This document shows positions 38,180 to 51,770 of a stretch of 64,000 nucleotides of DNA, one piece after another. Source of the DNA: Callorhinchus milii (taxonomy: Eukaryota); assembly GCF_018977255.1 (NCBI RefSeq), contig NW_024704742.1:127350001-127414000 (forward strand), read 5' to 3'. The position numbers and the translations under genes are program-made. Below the pieces are notes generated by a model, which was not told the DNA's origin, did no database searches, and was given only the letters and a program-made list of their open reading frames with translations. Positions within the stretch are counted from its first letter, which is position 1; every line of letters begins with the position of its first letter.

Positions 38180-40760
38180 TGGGAAGGAGATAGACGAGCC
38201 AATCTGCAAAACAAATTTCAGAAAGACATAAAACCAATAGAATAGTGATAATGGGGGACTTCAATTATCCTAACATAGACTGGCAAAATAACAGTGTAAA
38301 GGGCACAGAGAGGGAAGGATTCCTGAATTGTATGCAGGAAAACTTTCTTGATCAGTATATTTCCAGCCCAACGAGGAAGGAAGCAGTGCTGGATCTAGTT
38401 GGGACGTCCTCCCGACGTGAAAGGCGCTCTATAAATGGAATCTTGTTGTTGTTGTAGTTCTGGGAAATTAAATGGGGTAAGTGGAGCAGGTTTGAGTGGC
38501 AAAGCATATGGACAACAGTGATCACAACATCATTAGGTTTAGAGTACTTATGGAAAGGGAAAAAGAACAATCAAAGCTGAAGATACTCAATGGGAAAAGG
38601 GCTAATTTCAGTGAATTGAAAATAGATCTAGCCAAGATAGACTAGAAAGAAAGATTGATAGGCTAAACGGCTATCAAGCAATGGGAAGCCTTCAAGGAAG
38701 AGATTGTTTAGGGACAGAACAAATACATTTCCACAAAGCAGAAAGGTAGGGCATCCAAACCTGTACAATGATGAATAAGAAAATTGGGATTAAAATAAAA
38801 CAGAAAAAGGAGACTTATGATAAATGCCAGTTCCAAAATACAGAAGATAATCAAACAGGATATAGAAAGTATAGAGGAGAACTAAAAAAGGAAATAAGAG
38901 GGCAAAGAGATTGTATGAAAAAAGATTAGCGGTAACATAAAAGGGAACCCTAAAGTATTTTATAAGAATATAAAGAATAAAAGGTAAGTCAAAGGTAGGA
39001 CGGGTCCAACTAGGAATCAAAGAGGAAATCTTCTTGTGGAGGTAGAGGTCATGACTGACGTACTGAATGAGTACTTTGCATCTGTCTTCACAAAAGAAGA
39101 AGATGCAGACAATGCCACAATATCGGAGGAGAGGGTAGAGGAATTGGATAAGATAAGATTAAACTGAGAGGAGATACTAAAAAGGTTGTCAGTACTCAAG
39201 GTAGATAAGTCACCCGGTCTGGACGGGGTGCATCCTAAGTTACTGAGGGAAATAAGGGTGGAAATAGTGGAGGCTCTGGCCACAATCTTTCAATCCGTCT
39301 TGGATACTGGAGTGGTGCCAGAGGACTGGAGGGTTGCAAATGTTACTCCCTTGTACAAAAAGGGGCAGAAGAATAAACCCGGGAACTACAGGACAATCAA
39401 CCTAACATCAGTAGTGGGGAAACTTCTAGAGACTATAATCCAGCACAGAACAAATTTTCACTTAGCAAAATATAGGTTAATAAAGGACAGCCAACACAGA
39501 TTTGCTAAAGGCAAATCATGTCTAACAAACCTGATAGTTTTTTGATGAAGTAACGGAGAGGGTGGATGAAAGAAGTCCAGTTGATGTAGTATATGTGGAT
39601 TTTCAAAAGGATTTTGATAAAGTGCCACATAATAAACTTTAGAAAAATTGAAGCCAATGGCACTAAAGGGACAGTGACAGCATGGATACAAAACTAGCTG
39701 GGAGTCAGAAAGCAGAGAGTAGTGGTGAACGGTTGTTTCTCTGACTGGAGGGAAGTGTGCAGTGGTGTCCCCCAGGGGGCTGTATTAGGACCACTGCTCT
39801 TTATAATCTATATAAATCATCTTGGGTATAGGGAGCACAATTTCCAAGTTTGCAGATGATACAAAGCTAGGAAAAGTAATAAATGGTGAATAGGATAGTG
39901 GCAGATTGCAAGAGGACATAGCTAGACTGGTGAAATGGGCAGACACGTGGCAGATGAAATTTAATGCAGAGAAGTGCAAAGTGATGCATTTGGGAGGAAG
40001 AATGAGGAGAGGCAATATAATCTGATGGTACAACCTTAAAGGGGGTGCAGGAACAGAGAGACCTGGGGGTCCACATAAATAAATCTTTAAAGGTGGCAGG
40101 ATAGGTAGATAAAGATGTTAAAAAAAGGATACTAGGCTTTATAAATAGGGACATAGAATATAAAAGGAGGTTATGATGAACCTTTATAAAACACTGGTTT
40201 GGCCTCAGCTGGAGACAGTGTTCCGTTCTGGGCACCACACTTGAAGAAGGATGTCAAAGCCTTGGAAAGGGTGCAAAGGAGATTTACCAGGATGGTACCA
40301 GGAATGAGGGACTTCAGTTATGAGGAGAGGCTGGACAAGCTGGGATTATTCTTCTTCGAGCAGAGAAGTTTAAGAGGAGACTTCACTGAAGTTTTCAAAA
40401 TTAAGAGGGGATTCGATATGGTGAACGGAGAGAAACTGTTTCCATTGACGGGTGGGTCAGTAACCCGAGGACACTGATTTCAAATAGTTGCCAAAAAAAA
40501 CAGTGGGGGGTTGGGGGAGAAATTTTTTCACACAGCAAGTTGTTCTGATCTGGAATGCATTGCTTGGAAGGGTGGTGAAAGCCGATTCAATAACAACTTT
40601 CAAGAGAGAATTAGAAAGATATTTGGGGAGGACAAATTTGCAGGGCTATGGGGAGAGCGCGGGAGAATGGGATTAATTTGGACAGCTCTTTCAAAGAGCC
40701 GGCACGAAACGATGCGCAGAATGGCCTCCTTCTAAGTTGTATAATTCTATGATTCTATGA
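38180..40760 (+). mobile_element. 5'-truncated CR1 LINE, decayed ORF2 (endonuclease and RT)
   Basis: IMGDFNYPNIDW, KSPGLDGVHP, FADDT, LERVQRRFTRM; attctatg repeat tail. Confidence 0.93.
38401..38454 (+). mobile_element. 54-nt L2 3' tail inserted in CR1 with TAGTT target-site duplication
   Basis: gggacgtcctcccgacgtgaaaggcgct...(gtt)n, flanked by TAGTT at 38396-38400 and 38455-38459. Confidence 0.85.
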
Positions 40761-41357
40761 AATCCTTGATCTGTTCTGTTCACTAATTTGAACTGGAGTA
40801 GCAGCAGGAGTCACTGAATTTCTAATTTGGCAACTAGGTTAATGACAAATGAGCTCCTAAATTATATTCTTACATTAAATGGGATAGGTACCATCAGGGT
40901 GGAAGAAATTATTTTCTTTACACAGGTCACTTGTGAAGTTTCAAGTGCATGGATTATGATACGTTGGCTTCAAAACACTGTTCTTAGCAGAAATATTACC
41001 ATTCAGCCTAGATTATACGAGTTCAAAGTTCAACATGGCACTGACAATCATAACTTTCTGGATCAGAGGCAAGAGTGCTACTAACTGAGCCAGGCTGACA
41101 CCTGGGCTATGTCTTTATATTGCTGCCTAAGAAAGGAGACTTAAAATCACAATTCTCCGAAGCAGAACAATCATCCAATTATTTTAGAAGATTTCTCAGA
41201 TTGTGTGCGTTGAATGTGTACTGAGGAACCTAAATCAGGGTTGACAGAAAGTCAAATAATTTCACACCAATATTAACAGGTTGATCATCTTCAAATTTGT
41301 GTTGGATTAACCACAAAGAAAAAAATTGCAGAACTGCTGGACACAGGAAAGGAAAAA

Positions 41358-41530
41358 CAGTCAAACTTCAGTATAACAAACCCTTCTTATAATCCCTGGT
41401 TTCAACAATCCCAATGGCAAGACCTAATTTTTGCATCCATTTGACAGCCAAATCCTACTATGGTAAACACCCCGACATAACAATCTTTTCTGCCAGTCCC
41501 GAGGGGATTCCTTATAGTGAGGTTTGACTG
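41358..41530. mobile_element. Tigger/pogo-like MITE
   Basis: TIRs cagtcaaac(t/c)tca(g/c)tataa; TA on the right flank. Confidence 0.7.
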
Positions 41531-41636
41531 TAGAGCAAGGCACACATATCAGCGCATGAATCAAACAATTAGGAAACAGTATTGATTTTAAAAAGTGTAC
41601 TACTAAAATGACGAACATAACCATGGATGATCCAAC

Positions 41637-41697
41637 ATACATACATACAAACACACACACATATACACACACACACACACATACATACATACAGACA
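41637..41697. repeat. (ATAC)n/(AC)n microsatellite
   Basis: Direct reading. Confidence 0.9.
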
Positions 41698-42247
41698 TAA
41701 ATATCTGTGTATTTTTAAATAATTTATTTTTTTATAAATAATGTTTATGCCCTTCAAGACCAGGAATCTTAATGCTGAGGAATAAGACATTTTGATAAAG
41801 TATGAAGTATCAATCTGAATGCAGAATAAAAATTGCATGAGATTTTCTAGTTTACTTTCATCTTGATAATTTTTTATGGCTACTAGAAATTGAAAGGACA
41901 ATTCTGAAATTCACTTCTGAAACTCTTAACGCTAAGCCCTAAGAGGCAAAGAGAAGTCTTTTGCCATTTCAGCATTGACTAATACGAGACCAGACCAAAA
42001 AGAATACTGCACCACTCAGTCCCTTGTTCAAGTGTGCTGTATGTTGAAGTAGGGAACCTCAAGCTACACCTTATTCCAATACCTTTTTTTCAGCATCATC
42101 TTATAGGCATAATAAAACTATTCAAGTAGTGTTCTACGGTGATTCAGAATTTCACACTATTAATACAACGTACACAAACTTTTTTAAAAATGCAAAATAA
42201 TCAACTTTGCTTAAGGCAATTTGTTCAACATTAAAACAAGATCATAC

Positions 42248-42388
42248 CATTCCAACTTTCTCAATAGTTTCTCTGACACGATCCAGAAGTATAGAGATGA
42301 CATGAGGATGGGCAGTTGAAATTGTGGCTAAAAGTTCCCGTCCAACTTTAGAAAAGATTTCTCTGGTGCAAAGGCTCACATAAGCCAC
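42248..42388 (-). CDS. EPG5: EPG5 exon 13 (141 nt)
   Basis: [20 protein letters not shown]...KVGM; phase 0-0. Confidence 0.94.
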
Positions 42389-42419
42389 CTATGGAAATAA
42401 ACACTAACATGAAATAGTA

Positions 42420-42780
42420 TTTAGAATAACGTTTCTTGCATTTGATATAGTTAATGTCTAATCAGTTTGTTGAAATGTTTTACAGGATTTTACTGTTAAG
42501 TGTCGCGATTGTATTTGTAGGCATTCTTTGCACAGGAATGTCCCAGCCATGAATTGAATGACTAATTTTATCTGGGGAAATCATTGGTTGGCACAGCAGG
42601 AAAAATCCCTTTCTTTTTTTAAAATACTGCCATAGGATCTTTGACAGCTTCCAGAATAAGCATCTCATCTGAAGCAACACACCTCCACCAGCACTGCATT
42701 TGAGTGTCAGCCTAGACTATGAGCTCAAAATCTTGACGTGAGATTTGAACCCCAAACCTTCTGACTCAGTGTTACCATAG
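42420..42780 (-). mobile_element. Deu-domain-type SINE, partial
   Basis: Similar to 26740-27150 and 62655-62890. Confidence 0.6.
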
Positions 42781-42884
42781 TTGCAACTATGGGCCTTTCA
42801 CAAGAAATAAAATGTACACTGATGGATAAAAAGGCACAAATTATAACCTTTAGTAAACCCTGCAATGAGAAGCTTGGCAGACTG

Positions 42885-43358
42885 TGTTATCTGATCTTAG
42901 AAACGTGCAGCTCAACTGCATGGAACCAATTACGACTGATTCCATGAAGGAAGTAAGCCCGAATCAACAGATGTATGCGCAGACTGGTTCCATGAAAGAA
43001 ATAAGCCCGAATCAACAGATCTATGCGCAGACTGGTTCCATGAAGGAAATAAGCCCGAATCAACAGATCTATGCGCAGACTAACTGCAGCTTGAGTATGA
43101 GACAATGGATAGTGCCCAATATACATCCTATGTCTCGACCACATTGTCACCTATGACCAAATCTAACGATTGGAGGAGAAGGATCCTCCCCATACTTGTA
43201 TAAATGCCATTGTTGAATCCCACAACGGGGTCGTCAGCTTGGTGAAGCTACGACCCTAACTCTGTACCAGACTGAACTGACTGGTCCTGATTTAGTTGAA
43301 TAAATGTACTCTTAGTGATTGAACTGTGTGACTGTGTTTATTGCTTGAAGAACTAACA
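42885..43358 (+). mobile_element. Solo-LTR-like element
   Basis: TGTTA...TAACA ends, 3x48-bp repeats, TATAAA at 43199, AATAAA at 43299; no TSD found. Confidence 0.5.
42941..43081. repeat. 48-bp tandem repeat, about 3 copies
   Basis: tccatgaa(g/a)gaa(g/a)taagcccgaatcaacagat(g/c)tatgcgcagact at 42941, 42989, 43037. Confidence 0.95.
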
Positions 43359-43923
43359 TCCAATTGCAGAAGTATACAAAGAAGGTAGAAACGGAAAATT
43401 ATCCAACATACACCATATTTAAATTTTTGAAGCTTTGATAGATATTATGACCATCACAGTATAACACCAAGTCTCAAACTTCTCCTAATCTCCAGAAAAC
43501 CTCTAGCCTTTCTGCCCTCGTCCTGGAGTCCCTCCAATTTGCTCTCTCCCTCACCTTGTTCAAGGTCAAGCTCAAGATCCATCTCTTTGACCACGCTTTG
43601 TATCATCTTTCCCCTCCTCCACCTTAGCCCTCACACCCTCCAGCTCGGGTGAAAAGCCAGTATACTACCTTGGATCATCCTCCCAATGTGAAAGGCACTA
43701 TAAAAATGTAACTTTGTATTGTATTCATTGTCATTACATTATTTGCCCACAAATATACGGTCAATTCACTTTACAGTGTATTCTGTGAAGCTCTTTAAGA
43801 CGTCGAGAAGATGTGAAAAGCGCTATATCAAATGCAACATTATTATTATTATTAAAAGTGATCACATTCAATTTTTCATTAAAAAAAATTCAATTACTTT
43901 GTAAATTTAAATGATGTCCATAC

Positions 43924-44078
43924 CTCATATATTTCCAAAACAACTGTTTTCACAAACTCGAGATCAACATTTTCATGTTTGGGTTGGATCATATGTGCAA
44001 ATGTGGTAAGAAGACATATTCCTTCAGAACTGGTAATTTCAGAGAGGTATTGTTCAAACCTTTGTTTATGTTCTGCAT
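43924..44078 (-). CDS. EPG5: EPG5 exon 12 (155 nt)
   Basis: [10 protein letters not shown]...VLEIYE; phase 1-0. Confidence 0.93.
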
Positions 44079-45560
44079 CTGCATAAACAAGAGACAAAAC
44101 CATTTAATATGTATGAGGTTTGTTAAATTTTAGAATATTTTGCTACATATATAAATTGAACTTTAATGCAATTTCATGTTCTTTAAAAGCCTGTGGTTTA
44201 ACGATTTTAAAGCAAATTGATTAGGGAGTTAGTATTTTTCTCTTAATATATTTTTATATCCCATAGTGAGACCTTGAGCTCATAATTTAGGATGACAGCC
44301 AATGCAGTATTGGGGAGTACTGTATTATCCTTTGGGTTAAAGTGAGGTCCAGTGTCTGTTGAGGTGGACTTAAGAGGTTCCGTGGCATTATTGAAATAAG
44401 CAGGGAATTTATTTTAGTTTAAATAATAGTTCCACAATAAAAAAAGGTCATTCTTCCCATGGCTGCTTGTGGAACATTGCTGTGTGCAAACTGACTGCCA
44501 TATTAGTCTTGAATAAAGATTATTTTTTAGTAAATATATTGACAAGAAATTTAAACCATAACACCAGACCACACTGTGCAAATGAGTCCTGCCTGTATTC
44601 TCTTTGTGTTGGTAACAGCACAGCCAGCCTGGCACATTGGCAGGACTTGAAAGGGCGTTAGATTAGAAGTTAGATTAGAATCTGGATTTAGATTAGAAGA
44701 TCGGCCATGATTGAATGGCGGGGCAGGCTCGAAGGGCCGAATGGCTTACTCCTGCTCCTACACGTTATGTTATGTTAAGGGCAGACCAATCATGGGGGAA
44801 GGGAATATCCCACTCACTTTGTTATCCCTGAAAGCCACAACCCTAACTGGTAGGGTGGTCATACCAGGACTTCCCACCAGCAGTAGGAAAGCTTGCCAGG
44901 CAGTGATATCGATGGGAAGCTAAGCGGTTTTAGCTGGTTAGACTCCAACAGTATCCCAACACACACGCTGGGATCCCAAGCCTTGGGTCTTGCCAACCTA
45001 CCCCTAATACTTTCTGGAATTAGGTAGGATGCATCCCTCCAGGGAGAGGGTTTGCATACCATTCCAACAATCTACCTCTGGAATTTTAATGCATAGTTGG
45101 GATGCATGCAACTCTCAGTTTGGTTTTGATACTCTTTAAGCATGGTGATGGGTTTCCACATGTGTCAAAGGAGCCATCTTACCAAAAAAAAAGTGCTGTT
45201 ACATTAGAAGTCTAAAAATAGGGGTCACTTGAATAAGGGGTGAATCCACAGCACCAACCAAAGCAATCCCGCAGCATGTTTGCACATGTACAATTGTTTT
45301 GGCTGTTATGGGTAACTTGTACTTATGGCATCTGAACCTTTCCTGCTCTCTGGGGAGTGTGTTAAAAACTAGTGATATGTGCATTAGGATATCAGAATGA
45401 ATAGACTTCAAGCACAATTAAAGTTGAAAACAGCAATAAGAATAAAAGGAAACTCAAATCTATTGTAAGCATTTAATTCATAATGTGCGAATATCCGAAT
45501 CCTATCAAAAATAAATGTGCATATTTTAAATACTGGGGGAATAAAGGATATTTCTTGTAC

Positions 45561-45718
45561 CTTTAAGATTGTCTTTGCATTCAATAGATTGTACAGTAGC
45601 ACACAATCTTTCACGATTTTCACTTTCTGCACAATGAAGAATATAGAAGAGCTTCCATATCATATTTTTTGACAAGGTCCCATAGGGCATTTCAGACATG
45701 AAGAGCCAAATTCCCAAC
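45561..45718 (-). CDS. EPG5: EPG5 exon 11 (158 nt)
   Basis: LGIWLFMSEMPYGTLS; phase 2-1. Confidence 0.94.
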
Positions 45719-46167
45719 CTGTTTCAAATAAAGTACATTAATCCATCACTATAAAAATATTAAATCAAACTGCATAACACATGCATTTAAATATAGTACT
45801 TTTGTTATTCATATTTTATGCTCAGGATCGGCACCAAGTTTTCTCAGATCAGATATTTAAGGATTAAATATTTCATTCGTTATAAGTTTCCACCTTTCTT
45901 CAACATACGTGATGTAATGCCCACATGTACCAACATGACATTTCTATTTTCTTCTCCAGTCAAATCTACGGATTGCTTAATTAGTCATGAAGAATATACC
46001 AGTGCAAAATTGTGGACACTAAACCTGAGAATGAAACAGACTTTGTATCCATAATTTAGAATTGTACCTACAGGTGTCTAGATATCGAGACACATTGATG
46101 TTACCATGGCAGTACTACACTGTAGAAAAATTAAGGACATGCATTATGTGTACACTATATCATATCA

Positions 46168-46597
46168 CATAGTGGATACAGTTCAAGATCCTGTTCCTCA
46201 CTTTCAAAGCCCTCCATGGTCTTGCTCCCCCATACCTCTGCGACCTTCTAACCCCTACCAACCTGACCGCTCCTCCGCTCAGTGGGCTCCAGCCTGCTTC
46301 ATGTCCCCCGCCTCGCCCTCCTCACCATTGGCGGGTGGGCGGGCCTTTTGCTACTATGCCCCCACCCTCTGGAACTCCATCTCGCAGTCCCTCCGCCTCG
46401 CTTCCTCCCTTGCCTCTTTCAAGACCCGTCTCAAGACCCTCCTCTTTGACCATGCCTTTGATCACCCTCCTTCCCCCCCCGCCCTCCACCCTCCCTGATC
46501 CTGACCCCCAGCTCAGATCCGAAACACTGATTGTCCAGCGCCTTGGGTTGTCCCCCGAAGTGAAAGGTGCTACACAAATGTAATTTTGATGTTGTAT
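46168..46597 (+). mobile_element. L2 LINE 3' fragment
   Basis: Similar to 6530-6950. Confidence 0.85.
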
Positions 46598-47995
46598 ATA
46601 ATAATCCTTGCATTTGTTATAGCGCTTTTCACGTAGATGTCTCAAAGCGCTTCACAGAATCTACTATGAAGTGAAATGACTGTATATTTGTGGGCTCTGG
46701 AGTGGAGAAGATAAAAATCAGTGACCCCCCCCACCCCCCCCACCATAAGGTGCACATGTGGGTTGTTGGTTGAAGACGTGGATATCAGCTTGGTTAGGTT
46801 GTCTACCTCTGGCTAGGACAGACTTGAGCTCATTGTCAAGGCTGTTACTGCAATGCAATACTGAGGGAGCATTGCATTGCCAGAGGTGCTGTTGATATTG
46901 ACCCAAGATCCCATCTGCCTATTCTTCTGTTGGATGCTTAAATGTCATGCTCTGTTCTAAAAAGCGGAAGGAGTATCCTAACCAATAATCCTCCAGATTA
47001 ATTATCCATTTAATTTGCCTCTATGTGGATCTGTGTGCAAAAGAGCTTTGCTTTCCCTCCTTCGAACAATAAAACATTGCATTGATATGGCACCTTTCAT
47101 GTTGGTAAGATATCCCAAGGCACAGGACAGTCAAGGGTTTGCACCCGAGCTGGGGGTTGGATTAGAAGTGGTTGGAGGCCAAGGGGAGGGTGGGGGTGGA
47201 GGAAGAGGACCAAAGGCGAGATCAAAGGGGAAGATTTTGAGATGGACCTTCAAAAAACCTACAAATTACTGTGGAGCACTTTGAGACAATTTGACATTGT
47301 AGGTGCTGTAAAAGTGAGTTACTTATTAGGACAATAATATGCTCAGTTATGATGACACTCATGGTCAAAATTTACGAATATTCATTATCTAGGCTCACAT
47401 TAAGAATGCACTTGGGTGAGGTAATGGAGAACGATTAGCATCCACTGCTTTTTAAAAAAGGGAGAAAATTGAAGAGAAAATAACAAAATTATCTTAATCT
47501 GCAATAACACTTGTATTTCACCTCAAAGGTTCTGTTTTTTCCCTCAGCGCCTTGGGACGTTCCCCCCAACGTGAAAGGCGCTTTACAAATGTAATTTTTG
47601 TTGTTGTTGTTAAATGGTATAAGCATCCACAATCTGTACAAGCAATTAAATCCATTTAGTTTAATGACTGGTATTGGATAACATACACAATTTTCTGCAA
47701 ATTGTTTGCTGTCTTCAGTGACATACATGCAAAATGCTCATCATTTTCAAATGTTAGTTACTGGCAATTCAGAACAAAATATTCTTCCAGGATTCTTTCT
47801 TGTTTCCCAAATGCCATTCAGCTTGAAATTTTAGTCTTTGAAGTGATTTTGTTTTTGCATTGCAGCATTTCCATAATTAATTAGAAAAGCAACATATCAA
47901 CAGGAAGATATTCAGCTCACGAAGCCTGTTGCACCATTTAAATAAATCATGCCTGATATATAATCCCATTTCGCCACATCTATCCTTCCATCTGT

Positions 47996-48320
47996 GAAGT
48001 CCTGTAGCTCAGTGGTTAGAGCACTCGCTTTGCAAGCGAGAGACCTGAGTTCAATTCCAGACAGGGCGAAACCTTGGGCAAGTTTCCTTACTCCACACAG
48101 AGCCTAATAATAATCCCTCCAAAACAAAAAAACAATAATAAATTGGTCATTTTCAATCTACGACTGTTTGTGGGACAGTGCTGTGCGCAATTGGCTGCCG
48201 CGTTCGCCCACAAATATACAGTCAATTCACTTTACAGTATATTCTGTGAAGCACTTTGGAATGTCTAGAAGACGTGAAAAGCGCTATCTATATCAAATGC
48301 AAGGATTATTATTATTATTA
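47996..48320 (+). mobile_element. tRNA-Ala-headed SINE with L2-type tail
   Basis: A box TAGCTCAGTGG, B box GAGTTCAATTCC, anticodon arm ctcgc-tttgcaa-gcgag, (tta)n tail. Confidence 0.9.
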
Positions 48321-48563
48321 TCTGTCTCCTTTTTAAACACCCTAATTCATTCAGTAACTATAACCTGTTTGATTAGTATATTCCACATTGGCAAATGGTA
48401 ATCTAATTTAATTGTATATTTGACACAACATAAATGCATACATAAATGTTTCAACCTTACAACGCCACTTCTGTGCCATTTCAGTGAATGTGAAAAGTGG
48501 GCTCCAACTGTTTGGAGCCCATGTTTATTTGCATTTTGCCAGCTAGTTATGGTATCAACATAC

Positions 48564-48725
48564 CTTTTGGCTTTCAGTACATGAAGCACGGCTCTAAGAA
48601 ACAGCTCATCAAACTCAACTTGGAGCTTCTGAAGGGAGTACGGCTGGTGAGAGGATATGATTCCATGCTCCTTGTGGGAAGCGACATATTGAGCCCAGTG
48701 GTCACTTATGCAACAAATTGTCCTC
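48564..48725 (-). CDS. EPG5: EPG5 exon 10 (162 nt)
   Basis: SDHWAQYV...[21 protein letters not shown]; phase 2-2. Confidence 0.94.
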
Positions 48726-50027
48726 CTGGTAATTTGAAAGTGTTATAAACAAATTAGCTGTTTTCTAAAACTACAGTATACAGTATCAAGTTAGAAATGA
48801 ACTGCTAATCCTCATCAGATAGCAGCATCTTCTTCTCGATTTTCTTTTTTAAAAAAGTGGGTCAAATACATTTTTGAATTTTATCCCCTTTTGGCTTATG
48901 CTTCTGGTTCCTGGCCTCCTGATGCAGGAGTGCAGTTCCATGGCACTGGTTGTCCTCCAGTACTCTGCCACGTGGCCACTGTTCATCTGTGAGCCTGGGC
49001 TTTGTCCATTGTCAGGCTTCTGGACCATAGAGGGGACCATAGTTGAATCTACCTCGTCACCAGCTGCTGTGCACACACACTAGCAGAAGAGGGTGGTGAG
49101 AGAGATCAAGACCAGCTAGTTTTACCCTTCCCAAACCCTGGGAAAATTGGGGCTTCTTTATCCTCCTCTTGTGGCAACAGTTCATGGAATTATATAGCAC
49201 AGAAGGAGGCCATTTCGTCCATCGTCTGTGCCGGCTCTTTGAAAAGAACTATCCAAATCAATCCCACTCCACCGCTCTCTCCCCATAGCCCTCCAAACTT
49301 GTCCTCCCCAAATAATTACCTACTTCTCTCTTAAAAGCTGTTATTGAATCAGCTTCCACCACACTTCCAGGCAACGCATTCCAGATGTTGAGACCATCAA
49401 ACTCAGTATTCACCAGAATTCGAACCATTGTGGCCAATAAGAGGCACCTAGGTCCACTACACCATTGATCGTATTTGAAGGATTCTATCATTGTCCTTCC
49501 AAACCTCCCTTGATAACTGTCATACTAATTTGCTTTGTGGTAATTTGTATTAGCACGATACTCAAATGATCAAAATATAGAATATGGAGTAATTACAGCT
49601 AGTCAAAGTCAACTTTAATTGTTGTTGTTGTTACATTAACTGATCTTGGCTGGGGTACCAGTGTCTCCTCATTAGAGGGGGGAAAATTATCAGTCAGGAT
49701 TCCCTCTCCTAACTGTAGCCTGGTGATTCCTGAGCCTGTGTGAATTTGATGAGCCTCAGCTTTAATCTTTTCTACAAACCAATAGCCTTGCAAGAACCAC
49801 TGTCTAGGCACAGAAATCGAGCGCCAAGACCCTTCTTAGACCCCCCCCCCACTATCCGCCAAGGAAGATAGTCACTAGTTGGTCACTAGTTTGACATCCG
49901 ACAATCATAGTACCAGGAACCCTGGGAACTCCCTGACGGGCAACGCAGCTCAGCTTGAAATCTCTTATACCACTCAAATTATTTTTTTGCCCAACAGCTT
50001 TAGAAATCCAGCTTGAATTTACCTTAC

Positions 50028-50178
50028 CTGATCATTTGACCAATCCTTTTTACTAATTGCCTGTATCGTGCTCTATTAAAAGTTTCCAGTCCCACGGCTA
50101 GAATCTCGATCAAGGAGGATGCAAATCCAATGATCTTCATCATCTGCTGACAGGTATTAGTTTCTGGCTTGTAAACAC
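50028..50178 (-). CDS. EPG5: EPG5 exon 9 (151 nt)
   Basis: [21 protein letters not shown]; phase 1-2. Confidence 0.95.
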
Positions 50179-50648
50179 CTAATGAACAGATCAGATTATA
50201 TGACTAGATATGCTTTTTTTCCCCCAAACAAAAAAGACCTAAATTCAACTTCCACACTAAACAAATTTGGGTAATATAATTTAATCATCTAATCTCCAAA
50301 TACTGGGTATTTAAAATTAAACGAATATTAGAATTTTTCCTTTACTGATGGAGACATTTGGAGTCTTAATCACAATACTATAAAACTGTGTGGTGCTTCC
50401 ATAAGATTCATGTAAATAAATTGTTTTGTCATTATGAATGTAGATTGACATTCCTTCATTCAAAATGATACATGGATTGGAGAAAAATAAACAAATATAA
50501 TTCTGGCATTCAGACTGCATCATTTATTCTTATTGTCTTTTGCTAATTTTACACTTTATCAAAATGAAAAGACAGATAATGCTTTGGAATAAGTGAATAT
50601 AAAATGGATAATGGATAAGAATAAATGATAAAGAAAAAATCACATTAC

Positions 50649-50763
50649 CTTTGACAGTTATACCAAGCAAGTGTTTGAATAGTTCATGGAAAGGAAACTG
50701 TGAAAAAAGGGAAACCAGATCATCCTCTGACATGAGTATCCAGCTGGTATCAGGATCTTCATC
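50649..50763 (-). CDS. EPG5: EPG5 exon 8 (115 nt), LIR2-like WILM
   Basis: [16 protein letters not shown]...QFPFHELF; phase 0-1. Confidence 0.95.
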
Positions 50764-51379
50764 CTAGTTAGAAAGAGAAAAAAAAGAAACCAAGCATTAA
50801 GCATTCAATTATATTAAAAAAACAAAATGTTTTTGGAGCGTGGGCCTGGAGATGAGGGGGCAGAAGAATGCCAAATGAGCAACATTCTAGAGTCAGAGGA
50901 GCAACTCTAGGAACAGAATGCAGAGATCGGGTGTAATAATATTGTAAAGGGATTCGAAATCGCAAAGTTCAGAAACGTGAAGCAAGTAGTTTCTGGTAGA
51001 ATAGGGAAATGGGGGTTTGGAGCTTGGTGTGGGAGAAAATATGGACTGTGGAGTTTTGTATGATTCATAGGTTACAAAGGGCGGCACTAAAGAGACAATG
51101 AGGAAAGCATTGGAGAAATGTAGATGAAAAAAAACATGGATGAGATTTTCAGTTATGTGGGGGATGAGGTAGGTACAGAACTGGGCAATGTTCTCTGGAT
51201 GGATGATGTTCTTGATGGTAGTTGTTCTATTTTCATGGCAATTGCTGTATTTCTTTTAATAGGACTAGATTACTATTACAACAACCACCATTTCTGATTT
51301 GATGTTTGATTATTTTATTACTATATTTTCAATGTCAGTTTTGATCACACTACTTTATAGTCTATTACTACTTGAGAGA

Positions 51380-51770
51380 CATCAAGGCAATACAGAAGGG
51401 CTACAAAGAAGCTTTACGAGGATGATACTGGGATGAGAAGTTTTGCCTATGAGCAGAGACTGGAGGAACTGGATTTTTTTCCGCTGGAAAAAGGGGTAAC
51501 CTGATAGAGGTCTTTAAAATTATAAGGGGTTTTGATAAGTTAATAGAAAAAAAATTATTTCTCCTGGTCAGTGTGTCAGTGACTGAGGGTATCAATTTAA
51601 GATGGTTAGCAAACGAGCAAATGAGAAGATTTTTTTTTCATGCACAGAGTAGTTAGAGTTGGGAGTGGTGGCTGAAGCAGAATCCATATAGCTTTCAAAA
51701 AAGAATTAGATAAATATCTAAAAAGGAGTAAACCACAAGTGTATGGGGAAAGGTGGGAAGATAGATGAAC
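51380..51770 (+). mobile_element. Old CR1 3' fragment
   Basis: YEQRLEELDFF...LIEVFKIIRGFD. Confidence 0.7.

Noticed and set aside
42884..43156. 90-aa ORF with SMKEISPNQQIYAQTG repeats
   Set aside because: By-product of a 48-bp (multiple of 3) repeat in an LTR-like element; no other coding evidence.
47996..48066. tRNA-Ala(TGC) gene
   Set aside because: The head runs directly into a SINE body and tail and recurs in several copies; the acceptor stem is imperfect.
48849..49083. Overlapping small ORFs as an extra exon or nested gene
   Set aside because: No EPG5 similarity; exons 9 and 10 join in frame without it; adjacent sequence looks like a decayed repeat.
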